Part shown: positions 38,652-48,394 of the stretch, in pieces
Layout: every line of letters starts with the position of its first letter
Position numbering within the stretch: the stretch's first letter is position 1
Virus record (IMG/VR): IMGVR_UViG_3300043425_001673
Coordinates: 1-64,000 of that record
Length of the DNA stretch: 64,000 bases
Direction: 5' to 3' (one strand)
Origin: a virus
Notes under the pieces: generated by a model
Told to the model about the DNA's origin: nothing
Database searches by the model: none
Seen by the model: the letters and a program-made list of their open reading frames with translations, nothing else
Program-made: the position numbers and the translations under genes

Positions 38652-38692
38652 TCGTGTTCGCGTGAACCAATAGATGGAGAAAGGGACAGAAG

Positions 38693-39010
38693 ATGATTTA
38701 CATCTACGCCGCCTTGTTCTCATTGATTCATGGTTCATTGGCTTTGGCTCAGGAAACAAGTGAAGCTGTTCAGCAGCAGGTTCAGCAGGTTGGTTTAGGT
38801 GAAATTCTGCTTCCTTTCTTGCCAGCTGGCACAGCAGAGACTTTGGCCATTGTGTTTGCGACTGTTGGCGCTTTGAATGCGACCTCCATTGTCCTTGAAA
38901 AGGTAGCAGCCAAAACTGCGACCAAGAAGGATGATAAGGCGGTAGCCAAATTAAAAAGTGGTATCGTCACCGTTCAAAAAGTTTTAAACTTTTTCATTGC
39001 CAAGAGATAA
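38693..39010 (+). CDS. membrane protein, holin-like
   Basis: Hydrophobic segments; T.TKKDDK motif. Confidence 0.45.
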   Translation: MIYIYAALFSLIHGSLALAQETSEAVQQQVQQVGLGEILLPFLPAGTAETLAIVFATVGALNATSIVLEKVAAKTATKKDDKAVAKLKSGIVTVQKVLNFFIAKR

Positions 39011-39044
39011 GACTTCGTTCTTGAAAAGTGTTAAGGGTGATAGG

Positions 39045-39071
39045 AACCACGTTTGTTAACGTGGTTTTTTT
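39045..39071 (+). terminator. intrinsic terminator
   Basis: AACCACGTT-TGTT-AACGTGGTT followed by a T run. Confidence 0.7.
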
Positions 39072-39103
39072 CTTTTCATTATTGAAATTTTAGGCCATAA
39101 CGT

Positions 39104-39301
39104 ATGCAAGATTTCGATTTCAACCAAAAAGATGGTTTGTTCCTTGTGGGTTTGCCTGATCAGCAGCTGGTTCTTTTGCAGGCTTTGTCAGAGAAGCTTG
39201 GGAGCGATATCCCGACGATTATGGCAAAGAGTTTCATCTTTCTTGCAAAGCATGTTTTGTCTGATCAGGAGCGACAGGAACTTCAAAAAAAGATGAGGTA
39301 A
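39104..39301 (+). CDS. small hypothetical protein
   Basis: 65-aa ORF. Confidence 0.5.
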   Translation: MQDFDFNQKDGLFLVGLPDQQLVLLQALSEKLGSDIPTIMAKSFIFLAKHVLSDQERQELQKKMR

Positions 39302-39305
39302 CGAA

Positions 39306-39638
39306 ATGGCAATTACAGGAACAGGCAAATGGACCAAAGGTGCAGTCACGACAAGTGTTGATGATCGTGATTATTTCAGTGGTATGCTCACCATATCGAA
39401 CACAACCTATACGACAGCGCAAACCTATGAGTTTGGTTTTTCCGCACCAGAGGTTCATGTTGTGAATACCTCGGCAACGCAATTGGTCTTTCAATGGCTC
39501 TCAAGATCAGGTCAGGCGGTTGACAGTGGTGTGGTTCCTGGCAACGGTTCCCTCATATTGAGAAATGCCAACAAGCAGGGAATCCGCCTTCGTGTGGAAG
39601 CAGGTTCAGCGACCTGTTACGTCATGGCTTGCGGCTGA
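39306..39638 (+). CDS. hypothetical beta-rich protein
   Basis: 110-aa ORF with a GAGG RBS. Confidence 0.55.
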   Translation: MAITGTGKWTKGAVTTSVDDRDYFSGMLTISNTTYTTAQTYEFGFSAPEVHVVNTSATQLVFQWLSRSGQAVDSGVVPGNGSLILRNANKQGIRLRVEAGSATCYVMACG

Positions 39639-40059
39639 AAAACTGAACTTGAGTTCACACATGATTTTGATAGGCCATAGGAAGTCAATTCCTGACGCTG
39701 TATGCCTTTCGGTTGAAGAGTATATCCAGCAAAAGCTGTCATATCCTGAGATGATCGCTCGTGGTGAGCCATTTATCTTTGGAGTCAATATTCCTTTGAT
39801 CTATGCTTTCGGACCTAGAACCTATTGGCGCGTCAAGGGTATTGATTTTGCGATTTATGGACAGGCTTGTGATCCCGAGGACTATGAGGAAATGGAAGAC
39901 ATCCTGGATATGAGACGCATCGGCAATATCTATGGCCGATGGTATTCGAGATATCAAAAGGATGGTGAAGCAGGTTATCAAATGTTCAATACAGTTGAAC
40001 AGATTGGTTATAACGAGTTTGCGAAAGCAATAGACCGATATGAGAAGGGTTATGATTAG
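39565..40059 (+). CDS. hypothetical protein
   Basis: ORF; likely start at 39661. Confidence 0.5.
   Translation: MPTSRESAFVWKQVQRPVTSWLAAEKLNLSSHMILIGHRKSIPDAVCLSVEEYIQQKLSYPEMIARGEPFIFGVNIPLIYAFGPRTYWRVKGIDFAIYGQACDPEDYEEMEDILDMRRIGNIYGRWYSRYQKDGEAGYQMFNTVEQIGYNEFAKAIDRYEKGYD
39642..39659. promoter_or_regulatory. 18-bp palindromic motif, copy 4 (ACTGAACTTGAGTTCACA)
   Basis: Between the stop at 39638 and the probable ATG at 39661. Confidence 0.7.
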
Positions 40060-41029
40060 TCAAGATTATTTGGCGATGCTTGAACAAAGAGAGTGTCGCG
40101 GCGGCTGTGGGCTCAAGTTCAAGGTTCTTCCGCAAAGCAAGCAGCAGTATGCTCGCAGCAATTGCGAGTCCTATTGCAAGGATTTCAGAAAGAAGGACTA
40201 TCATCCTGCAGATCCCATACCGAATACGACTCTTGAGCCTCAACTGAAAAAAGAATTAAGAATAGTCACTGAACAGGTGATTGAAGAAAAAACAGTGGTT
40301 AAGCCATTGCCTGATGAACAGCCAATGACTGAAACAAAGCCGCTGATCGAAAAGGAAAAAGTAATGCTTGCCAGGGAAACTCCAAAAGAAACCAAAGCCA
40401 TTAAAAAGCCTAAAATTGAAGTCGCTGAGCCTGTGGACCTGGATAGAAAAATGCCGGAAAAAAAACCAATTTCAGCATCTGTCACGGCTTCAAACAAGAG
40501 TGTTGTTTCCAAGGTTACAAAGGCAAGACAGGCCATTTGCAAAATTTGCATTGATGATGCAAAAAAACTTTCTGCAAATGTTCAATCGCTATCGTCAAAG
40601 ATGGAACTTGTCTATCTATACAATACCTATCGTGAGTTCAGTGAGGACGAAAAACCATTCCTTGAAGCTGTATCTTTAAAGGCTGAAGAGTTCAAGAAAT
40701 GGCAGCAGGTTTATTCGACGATTTACGAAAGACTCACAGTCAAAGAATGGGTTTTAAAATATCCTGTTGATGATCTTTATGGATTGTGTAATCAGATAGA
40801 TAAGGATCATTCTGAAGAAAAAATCAAAAGCATTGTAGAAGAAAAACTTTTTGGGAATTATAAGCTGGCGATTGATCATTCAGACAAGGCACTCAACAAT
40901 CTTTTGTCCTTCTATGAAAAGGTTTCCTTTGAACTTCTTGATGATCAGTCTCTTGACAGCACATATACTCTCGTCAAAAGGCTTTACAATCGCTTTAGAT
41001 CACAGATAGATAAAAAGAGGAAGAAGTAA
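40040..41029 (+). CDS. hypothetical protein with an N-terminal Cys cluster
   Basis: C..GCG..F..C..C motif; charged linker. Confidence 0.55.
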   Translation: MRRVMISQDYLAMLEQRECRGGCGLKFKVLPQSKQQYARSNCESYCKDFRKKDYHPADPIPNTTLEPQLKKELRIVTEQVIEEKTVVKPLPDEQPMTETKPLIEKEKVMLARETPKETKAIKKPKIEVAEPVDLDRKMPEKKPISASVTASNKSVVSKVTKARQAICKICIDDAKKLSANVQSLSSKMELVYLYNTYREFSEDEKPFLEAVSLKAEEFKKWQQVYSTIYERLTVKEWVLKYPVDDLYGLCNQIDKDHSEEKIKSIVEEKLFGNYKLAIDHSDKALNNLLSFYEKVSFELLDDQSLDSTYTLVKRLYNRFRSQIDKKRKK

Positions 41030-41031
41030 AC

Positions 41032-41424
41032 ATGGCAACAGCGGAAAGCACGGCAGAGAGTCCAGTAACAAAAACAGCGGTAGCACCTCCCGCTCAACAA
41101 ACCGCACCACTTGTAAAGAAGACGCTTGATGTTTCCGATCCAGAATCGGCCAAATCAAAGATTCTGGACATTGTCACATTCGGTGATCCCAATCTTTGGC
41201 TGGTCCTGGCAAAGGCAAGCAGTGAGCGGGAAGGCTGGATGAAGTCCACCAAGGTTCTTCCTATTGATGGTGTGGGCTGTCTTGTTCAGGTATCGACTCA
41301 GCAGCGGAATCACGACGGAACAAATACCGTTGCAGAGGCGCTGCAGTTTCTTCCGGGAGTTAAGTTGATTGAGGAACGCGATTCGTCAGGTAATGTAATC
41401 GGGCGTAAATTGCGACATTTGTAA
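41032..41424 (+). CDS. conserved phage protein
   Basis: KASS..EGWMKSTK..GCLVQVSTQQ..AEAL.F.PG. Confidence 0.65.
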   Translation: MATAESTAESPVTKTAVAPPAQQTAPLVKKTLDVSDPESAKSKILDIVTFGDPNLWLVLAKASSEREGWMKSTKVLPIDGVGCLVQVSTQQRNHDGTNTVAEALQFLPGVKLIEERDSSGNVIGRKLRHL

Positions 41425-41426
41425 TA

Positions 41427-41720
41427 TTGGTTTTTGGAGTAAGAGAAATGAAAGCAGAATTTCGTAATGATGGTCTTTTGGTAGTGCCTGAAACAGCTGA
41501 TGAACTTGCTCATTTTCAAAAGCTTTTTCCTGAGCAGTTTATGCGCAACAGTCGATATCTGAATGTTCGCCAGTTTGTCGATCCGTTTGGAAACCCGGAA
41601 CCCAATCGTCCTTATCTTTTGATCAACGGATATGATCCGAGCACTGAGGCGACCGCTGTTCGTCCACGTAAGAAAAAATTGATCGTTGAGAACGAATCTC
41701 AAACCGCTGCAAATCAATGA
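41427..41720 (+). CDS. hypothetical protein
   Basis: ORF; likely ATG at 41448. Confidence 0.5.
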   Translation: MVFGVREMKAEFRNDGLLVVPETADELAHFQKLFPEQFMRNSRYLNVRQFVDPFGNPEPNRPYLLINGYDPSTEATAVRPRKKKLIVENESQTAANQ

Positions 41721-42730
41721 GAATCGAGACGCCTTATAAGTTATGGACATTGGCTGGCGAACTCAATACAGCCATAGTAGGCAGCACCATCGAGGAAGTT
41801 TATATTCCAAAGTGGAACCTTTCCAGATTTGATAAGGCCGTCAAAGTCAGGGCTGAAATTCATCCATCAGAACTTGTTGGATGGTATTTCAGTTCTGTTG
41901 AAACTCACGGCAAATCCCTTATTTTAAAGCTTGAAAACTTTGGGATAGGATCAAGATACATTGGCTGTAATCTTGGTCAGGGATGCTGGGTTGTTCGTCC
42001 TGAGTATTTCAATTCCGCTCCTTGGGATGCGTTCATTTATGTTCTATATCTTTTGAAGCATCCGACTGGTCAGGTGTTCCAGCTGATGTTTTATGATAAA
42101 AAACGTCATGGAAAACTTGAAATCAGAGAGAGGATTCATGAGGTTCAGCTTTTGAATCGCTATGGTCCAGCGATTGATTCCCCTCAATTCAGTCTTGAGT
42201 GGGTTTATTTCGTTTTCAGGTCGCAGCCGAAAAGAAATGAAAAGCAGGAAGGATCAGTTATAAAAAGGATTCTTCTGGAACAGAAGTATTTTGCTGGTCT
42301 TACGAACAAGATGGTCAGCGAAATTTTGTTTCTTGCCAATATTCATCCCATGACCAAGGTTCACAATTTAACGGATGAGCAGATAGACAAGATCTATATT
42401 TCTGTTCTTATCATCTTTTCAACTTTCGCAAAGAAACGTGGTTATCATGAATACATGATATCGGGACGTGTGAACTGTCCAGTCTGTGAGACAAGGGTTG
42501 AAACCAGCAAATACGCAAATCTGACAACATATTTTTGCCCAAAATGTCAATCCCCTGACTATCGAAAGCCTCTGCCTGTTAGCCGGGAGTACGTTGAAAA
42601 CATCCTGAAGATTACAGCGAATATGGAGTATGTCAAAAATGGAATTGAGCGATGGAACGAAAGAACACGATCAGTTTCGGGCGAGGGATTTTTACCTGTC
42701 GATGTCGAGCAAACCGAAAACATCAAGTAG
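41717..42730 (+). CDS. Fpg/Nei-like protein lacking the N-terminal catalytic PE motif
   Basis: HGK.L, H2TH motif IK..LLEQ..FAGL.N...EILF.A.IHP, Zn finger CPVC..TYFCPKCQ. Confidence 0.8.
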   Translation: MRIETPYKLWTLAGELNTAIVGSTIEEVYIPKWNLSRFDKAVKVRAEIHPSELVGWYFSSVETHGKSLILKLENFGIGSRYIGCNLGQGCWVVRPEYFNSAPWDAFIYVLYLLKHPTGQVFQLMFYDKKRHGKLEIRERIHEVQLLNRYGPAIDSPQFSLEWVYFVFRSQPKRNEKQEGSVIKRILLEQKYFAGLTNKMVSEILFLANIHPMTKVHNLTDEQIDKIYISVLIIFSTFAKKRGYHEYMISGRVNCPVCETRVETSKYANLTTYFCPKCQSPDYRKPLPVSREYVENILKITANMEYVKNGIERWNERTRSVSGEGFLPVDVEQTENIK

Positions 42731-42887
42731 AATTCTGTCGCTGTCAATTTTTGACAGCCTGACGAGAAAACAGCATCAGATTGACGTTACTCTCAGTCAT
42801 GTCGATTGCATCAGCAGGCCACGCGAGGAAATCGAAAATATTATTCGTGGGAAATTCGATGATCTTTTGAAGGCGGTCAACATTTGA
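42630..42887 (+). CDS. hypothetical protein
   Basis: Overlapping ORF; true start probably later. Confidence 0.35.
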   Translation: MSKMELSDGTKEHDQFRARDFYLSMSSKPKTSSRILSLSIFDSLTRKQHQIDVTLSHVDCISRPREEIENIIRGKFDDLLKAVNI

Positions 42888-42913
42888 GTGGGCTCCCGCA
42901 GGAGCCTGGGCAT

Positions 42914-43222
42914 TCAGTGTTTGGCTTTTTCGTGCAACATGAAGGCGCTGGAAATCAATTCCTTGACCTGCGAGATTGTAACTTTGTCTTCGCTTTGAAT
43001 TTGCAGAGATTTTTTTGCGGTTTTTAGTAATTCCGGCAAATGATTCATGACATCCACAATGAACTGCAGCCTTTCATCCCTGCCTTCCTGGTCCTCAAGA
43101 GATGCCTGATACATTACCCATTTTTGGGTGTCGTCCTCCAAACGCTTGTCTATTGTCTTCCACGGAGCCTTAGCATATTGCTCACAAAGTTCTTCAAGCT
43201 GGTTAATTTTTTCAAGATTCAT
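42914..43222 (-). CDS. hypothetical protein (Ead/Ea22-like pattern)
   Basis: LEELC....PW ... FIV..MNHLPELL. Confidence 0.5.
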   Translation of the reverse strand: MNLEKINQLEELCEQYAKAPWKTIDKRLEDDTQKWVMYQASLEDQEGRDERLQFIVDVMNHLPELLKTAKKSLQIQSEDKVTISQVKELISSAFMLHEKAKH

Positions 43223-43297
43223 TTTTTCATCCTTTGAAAAATTGTTGACCTTATTTCCTAAGCATACTAAACAAGCGGCTGATTAGGCATTTTTCAA

Positions 43298-43522
43298 ATG
43301 CTACTGATTAGGGATAAATTTATGATAGCTATGAGTAGCCGTCTTTTTGCGGTAGGTCCAGAGGATATTGGCAAGCCCGTTTACGTGCGCTCTGCCAATA
43401 GAAGTGGAATTATTGTTTGGTTTACGCCAGAGCGTGTTTGTGTGCTTTCATCTTCTGATAAAAAAGCCCACGAATACAAGTACGAAGATTGTATGTATCT
43501 CCGCAATTATATCCGGCACTAA
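43298..43522 (+). CDS. small SH3-like hypothetical protein
   Basis: DIGKPVYV....GII. Confidence 0.4.
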   Translation: MLLIRDKFMIAMSSRLFAVGPEDIGKPVYVRSANRSGIIVWFTPERVCVLSSSDKKAHEYKYEDCMYLRNYIRH

Positions 43523-43670
43523 ACTTTGGACAGCATCAGCTGTCCATTTTTGCATGGCTCTCTTGTAATTTCCTGCCTTTTGAGACATACTGTCTAAAGC
43601 TTTCCTGAAAATTCTGTCCAATTCCCATGGTCTTTTTCGCCTTTGGTATCCTGGTTTTTGAAAAAAATCC

Positions 43671-45389
43671 GTGGAGAATCTCATGTTGCTGAAGATCATC
43701 GTTCTCTTTTTTCTTATTGCCGGGTGCGCTCCTACCGCACCTAAGCAGCAGACAGAGCCGCCGCAGGTTCTGCCACAGTTTCCCGATGATAACGATCCCA
43801 GCTGTCTTCAGGGCAAGACTGTAGGATTTTCGGGACCTGTTGCGGAACTCCTGCAGGACAAATGTGCATCGTGTCATCCTTCTTATAATGATTATGAATC
43901 GGTGTCCTCTCCTGCCTACGGCAATCAAATTGTCAGTCGTGTATTTTTGCCTAGCAACGATGTACGCAGGATGCCAAAGTTTCCTGCAAATGAGTTGAGT
44001 TTTGCTGAGAAGAAGCTTTTGCGTGATTGGCAGACTGATGGTTTTCAACTTGAAGGAACCTGTAAAGATCCTGGCAATCTGAATGATCAGGCATGGCTCG
44101 ATCTGAATGCTATTGAGCGTTATATCCTGGCCGACCTTGACTCCATCGAGAGTGACAACGGACAGGCGAACGCTCGTTATCTTGTCATGACTCATCGCTC
44201 TGATGCCAATGTTGCGAAGGAAACTTTTGTAAACTGGGTGAAAGGTCTGAATAAGACTGTTAACACATTGAGCAGCAATCAAAATCTGGTTAAGGTTACT
44301 CCGATTGATCCAAGTGAGACGATCTATCGCTTTGAACTTGCTACTTATGGTCTGACTTCTGCTGACTGGAATCTTATTCTCGGCAAAGATGTCTATAAGT
44401 TTGAATCAAGAACAAGACGTGGTCTTGAGATTCAACGCAGGACCAGAACACAGTTTCCCTGGCTTCACGCTGATAACTTCAGCTTCATTTCTCTTGGTGA
44501 TCCGGCGGTATATAATCAGTTGACAAGGGTTCAATCCACTCTTGCTCAGGAGCAGGCTCGCTTTGGGGTCAACCAGTCTCAACAATTTGCCAACTTTGAG
44601 GCACGTTTGATTGGCTTTAACGGCAGTCCTATTTCTGAGAACAAAAACCGTCTTCTTCTTAGACTGTCGGCTGATAACAACGAAAGTTCTTTCTGGCAGA
44701 CATTTGATCCAAACTCTCAATTCTCGGCTCAAAAGAACCTTTTTGATTTTCCACTGGTGCAGGTCGGTGAAAGACGATTTGTTTTTGATGCCAGTGAAAC
44801 GATCGGCTTTCTGGATAATGGCATGATGATTTTTGGTCTTTGGAATTCACAAGGCCAACGTCAAACCGAGGCTCCGATTGATGTTGTGGTCAACAACAGA
44901 AGTCCATTCAGTGCGATTATCAAAAACGGTCTTGATTGTCTTCGCTGTCATAGCTCAGGTCTTTTGAATGCTGTCGATCAGGTGAAGGCTCAGGTCAACG
45001 CAAACGCAAGTGAGTTTGCAAGAAATGATGTTGATCTTGTGAATGCGTTTTACCGCAATGCAGCAACAAATTCAGCCTTGTTTATAAATGACAACAAGCG
45101 TTATCAGGATGGACTCAGAAAGCTTGGAATAGATCCACTTGGGGAAGATCCGGTCAATCAGTTTCTGGATGATTATCGTGCGGATTTGAGCCTTGTAAAG
45201 GCTGCAAGCTTTCTTTTCATGACGCCACAGGATTTTTGCGCTGCTTTGCAAGGCTCGGCACAGGGAAAGGCACAGATTGGTCAGCTTTGTACGACACCGC
45301 CTGGAACTGTGACTTTGGTGCAATGGCAAAATACGTTTCCAATCCTGAAGCGTGATTTCAGACTTGGGCTCGATCCCTTGGACAATTGA
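43671..45389 (+). CDS. c-type cytochrome lipoprotein with two CxxCH motifs
   Basis: Lipobox LIAGC; CASCH..RMP heme domain; NGLDCLRCH. Confidence 0.8.
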   Translation: MENLMLLKIIVLFFLIAGCAPTAPKQQTEPPQVLPQFPDDNDPSCLQGKTVGFSGPVAELLQDKCASCHPSYNDYESVSSPAYGNQIVSRVFLPSNDVRRMPKFPANELSFAEKKLLRDWQTDGFQLEGTCKDPGNLNDQAWLDLNAIERYILADLDSIESDNGQANARYLVMTHRSDANVAKETFVNWVKGLNKTVNTLSSNQNLVKVTPIDPSETIYRFELATYGLTSADWNLILGKDVYKFESRTRRGLEIQRRTRTQFPWLHADNFSFISLGDPAVYNQLTRVQSTLAQEQARFGVNQSQQFANFEARLIGFNGSPISENKNRLLLRLSADNNESSFWQTFDPNSQFSAQKNLFDFPLVQVGERRFVFDASETIGFLDNGMMIFGLWNSQGQRQTEAPIDVVVNNRSPFSAIIKNGLDCLRCHSSGLLNAVDQVKAQVNANASEFARNDVDLVNAFYRNAATNSALFINDNKRYQDGLRKLGIDPLGEDPVNQFLDDYRADLSLVKAASFLFMTPQDFCAALQGSAQGKAQIGQLCTTPPGTVTLVQWQNTFPILKRDFRLGLDPLDN

Positions 45390-45436
45390 GTGATGTTTGA
45401 TAACATCAGGGAAACATTTCTCTTGAGGTTATCGAC

Positions 45437-45829
45437 ATGATCAAGTTTCTTTTGCTTTTCATGATGGTTCTGTTTGGCCTGTCTTGTGGCAAGGAGAGCG
45501 GGGATGGTGGATACTCAAACCCTCCTGCTCCCCAGCCACAGCCTCAGCCGAGTCCCAATCCCAATCCCCAGCCAAACCCAACCGATCCGACGCAGGAATT
45601 TAATACGACTGTTAAACCGTTGCTGCAAAAAAATTGTGGCGGTGGTAATTGTCATACAAGCGGTGGTAGCAGGGATGCAGCGATACAAAGTGCTAATAAT
45701 TTTATTAAGGGCACTTCAGGTCAGCGTATTCAATCGGGTAATATGCCGCCTAGTGGAACCGCACAGGCAAATAATTTCAGTGCAGCCGATAAGAGCACGC
45801 TTCTGGGCTTTATCGCAAAATACAAATGA
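45437..45829 (+). CDS. cytochrome c-like lipoprotein (CX4CH)
   Basis: Lipobox GLSC, PQ/PN linker, VKPLL..NCGGGNCH..MPP. Confidence 0.7.
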   Translation: MIKFLLLFMMVLFGLSCGKESGDGGYSNPPAPQPQPQPSPNPNPQPNPTDPTQEFNTTVKPLLQKNCGGGNCHTSGGSRDAAIQSANNFIKGTSGQRIQSGNMPPSGTAQANNFSAADKSTLLGFIAKYK

Positions 45830-45838
45830 GGACTGGCT

Positions 45839-46066
45839 ATGGTGAGATTGCCTCTGCGTATCATTGTTGTTTGCACTTTCCTGTCTGGATGTAACACCAC
45901 GATGGAAATTACATCAAGACAATGGGAGAACTGCCTTAAGCTTTGCGGAGGCAAGCTGGCCAAGGCCGGTATGGACTGGATGTCCACTGAAAAAACCTGT
46001 CTCTGTGAAAACAGGGTTCGGTTTCGATATGAAGGCAAGCAGACATCAGAAGAAGAAGTTGAATGA
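45839..46066 (+). CDS. small Cys-rich lipoprotein
   Basis: LSGC lipobox; C...C..C.C. Confidence 0.55.
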   Translation: MVRLPLRIIVVCTFLSGCNTTMEITSRQWENCLKLCGGKLAKAGMDWMSTEKTCLCENRVRFRYEGKQTSEEEVE

Positions 46067-46716
46067 AAGATTTGTTTATAGTTGATATTGAGACTACGGG
46101 TTTAAGTTATTCTGATATGACTCTTGAATTCGTGATTTTGCAGGTCATGAGGGAGCGAGGATTTTACAAACCCGGTCGATTTTATCGCCGGGTTTTTCAT
46201 TACTCACATCCACCTGAATCGACATTTGCCAAAGCCAATCATCAAAGTCTCTATGAAGAGGCAAGGCATGCAGAATCAGTTGCACCTTCGCTTGTCCATG
46301 CCGACCTTGATGAATTTTTTGAGTCCTGTGATTCAAAAGATTACAAAAATAGGATTATCGTCGGGAGCAGGCTTAGTTTGAAGCTTGAGATGCTGGATAG
46401 ATCCAGACTTTTTTTCAAGCCTCAAACGCTTGAACTGCAAAGCGGAAACAAGCAGGTTGGACATTATTTCGGAACCATTGATTTATATGGTGTTGAGGGC
46501 TTTGTTTCGGAACTTTTTGATGAACATAAATCAAAGGTTCGGGAGAAATTGACTTCCCTGAAGATGCAGCACAAAATGCCTCAAGGTCTGCGCAGACACA
46601 GAGCGCTTTATGATGCATTTTTGTATTTGAATCGGCTCAATGAATATAGGCTGTTTTTTCTGTCACCATGGGAATCGGGCAATGAAAAGTTTTTTGAAAA
46701 AAATTGCGTCCTTTAA
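46063..46716 (+). CDS. DEDDh 3'-5' exonuclease-like protein
   Basis: VDIETTGL, HRALYDA. Confidence 0.75.
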   Translation: MKDLFIVDIETTGLSYSDMTLEFVILQVMRERGFYKPGRFYRRVFHYSHPPESTFAKANHQSLYEEARHAESVAPSLVHADLDEFFESCDSKDYKNRIIVGSRLSLKLEMLDRSRLFFKPQTLELQSGNKQVGHYFGTIDLYGVEGFVSELFDEHKSKVREKLTSLKMQHKMPQGLRRHRALYDAFLYLNRLNEYRLFFLSPWESGNEKFFEKNCVL

Positions 46717-47110
46717 TAGCATCTATCGCCTTCCAGTCAATGACGTTCCGACATTGCCAACAATGGATGATTTGAAACGCTTCAGGTCCATTCTTCAGGA
46801 GGAACTTGAGGAAGTCGATCAAATCATCAATCAGCTTGAGTTGGGTGTTGCGGATAGGGATCATGAGATAAAGCTTCTGACTGAATTGGCTGACTGGCAT
46901 GGGGACATGATTGTTTACTGCCACACCAACGCTCATCGCTATGGACTTCCCATGGATGAGGTTTTGGATGTGATCATGGAAAGCAATATGTCCAAGCTTG
47001 ATGCCAATGGCCAGCCGATTTACGACGAACGAGGCAAGGTGATGAAAGGTCCAGGCTATTGGAAGCCTGAAGATCGGATTTCCGTCATTATCAGGGGGTA
47101 TTCCGCATGA
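46640..47110 (+). CDS. MazG-like / PRA-PH NTP pyrophosphohydrolase
   Basis: EELEE, ELAD..GD, ESNMSKL..G.PIY...GKV.KGP.Y..P; likely ATG at 46682. Confidence 0.85.
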   Translation: MNIGCFFCHHGNRAMKSFLKKIASFNSIYRLPVNDVPTLPTMDDLKRFRSILQEELEEVDQIINQLELGVADRDHEIKLLTELADWHGDMIVYCHTNAHRYGLPMDEVLDVIMESNMSKLDANGQPIYDERGKVMKGPGYWKPEDRISVIIRGYSA

Positions 47111-47391
47111 AGACAAGAGAGGAAATACAGAGAAACTGGGAAACGTCCTGGTTCACTCCGCTTGCAGATTCCCAATCCCTCTCTTTTGAACAAAGAGCCA
47201 ACATCAAAACTGAACTTCGCAAGGAGGTTTTTTGGGTAGCGACCTTGCCGGGTGAAGTCGATTTACAGGAAGTTTTGAATATACGGCTTACCAAGATTCA
47301 GACAATACTCGATGCCAATGACGGGGATGCCAGTGCGTTTGATGTTTATTACCAATATAGACAGCAGTTTTTTACATGGTGTCTAGCCTGA
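47107..47391 (+). CDS. hypothetical protein
   Basis: Coupled ORF. Confidence 0.5.
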   Translation: MKTREEIQRNWETSWFTPLADSQSLSFEQRANIKTELRKEVFWVATLPGEVDLQEVLNIRLTKIQTILDANDGDASAFDVYYQYRQQFFTWCLA

Positions 47392-47801
47392 AATTTCTTT
47401 CAACAGAGCCACAGATACCGCACGATGAATACAGCCAATTGCTTGACACAGCGTTTGGTGTTTCAAGATTTGGAAGACGAATTTTTGCAAAACATGGTTT
47501 ATCTTCGAGTCTGAAAATTCTGTCCAGTTTTGTCTATCCGGTGCCGACCATTCAGGATTTTTTCTGGTTTTTAAGGCATACGAAACCAATTGGACTCAGT
47601 GACGGATTTGAGGTTATTTGTGTGGCAGAGAAGTTTGTTCTTGACGAATATACCAAATTTGATTGGATACGAGCGGAGCTAAGTCCTGCCGTGGTTCTGG
47701 CTCCCGATGTGATGGATGATTTATTGGGATATGTTGCGCATGTTACTTTTTATAAGTGTCTGCGCTATCAATGGGATAAGTTTGATCAGGATATGCCATG
47801 A
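47376..47801 (+). CDS. hypothetical protein
   Basis: Coupled ORF. Confidence 0.5.
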   Translation: MVSSLKFLSTEPQIPHDEYSQLLDTAFGVSRFGRRIFAKHGLSSSLKILSSFVYPVPTIQDFFWFLRHTKPIGLSDGFEVICVAEKFVLDEYTKFDWIRAELSPAVVLAPDVMDDLLGYVAHVTFYKCLRYQWDKFDQDMP

Positions 47802-48394
47802 AAACCAAGGTCAAAATACTATGGTCGAAAAAAACCGACCATCAGCCGAAATCAGCCGCAACAGAGTCAAACAGAGCCGTGCCAGTCAATCCGAAGGTCG
47901 ATGATTTTGACGGCACCTTGAAATTGGAAAGTTTGACTTTGTCAGAGATTGACACGCCAAACAAAAGCAAGCCAAGCAATCACACGGTCGCCTATCTCAG
48001 CAGTCTTGGTGCTCCCCCGGAAGGCATGAGCAAGAAGGAATGGGAGGACAAGATATGCTGCGAAAGGCTTGTGAAGCTTTTTCAGGAACGCATGCTGAAC
48101 CGCTATGGAGTGAATGTCAGCATCATTACGATTGCTGATCGCAGCTGCTTCAAAAATTTCTATCGTTATATGCAGGATCTTCGCCTCACCGAGGAACTGA
48201 TGTCCTATATCATCGAAGAGTGGTCCGGCATTAAGGCGAGATATCGACTGCCTTACAACACGCCTGTCCCGAGGACTTTTGCCAACTCTGATTTCATCAA
48301 GCAGATTGCGATAGAGTTTCACACCAAAAAGCATGTGATACAACACAATCCAGAATATACGAGGACGTATGAGTCAGACTGGGAATCCCTTTGA
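47798..48394 (+). CDS. hypothetical protein, possible replication initiator fragment
   Basis: Position upstream of DnaC-like and DnaB genes. Confidence 0.45.
   Translation: MKTKVKILWSKKTDHQPKSAATESNRAVPVNPKVDDFDGTLKLESLTLSEIDTPNKSKPSNHTVAYLSSLGAPPEGMSKKEWEDKICCERLVKLFQERMLNRYGVNVSIITIADRSCFKNFYRYMQDLRLTEELMSYIIEEWSGIKARYRLPYNTPVPRTFANSDFIKQIAIEFHTKKHVIQHNPEYTRTYESDWESL

Noticed and set aside
45410-45435. Resemblance of TTTCTCTTGAGGTTA to the TnpB guide
   Set aside because: Low-complexity partial match that misses the guide's 5' seed
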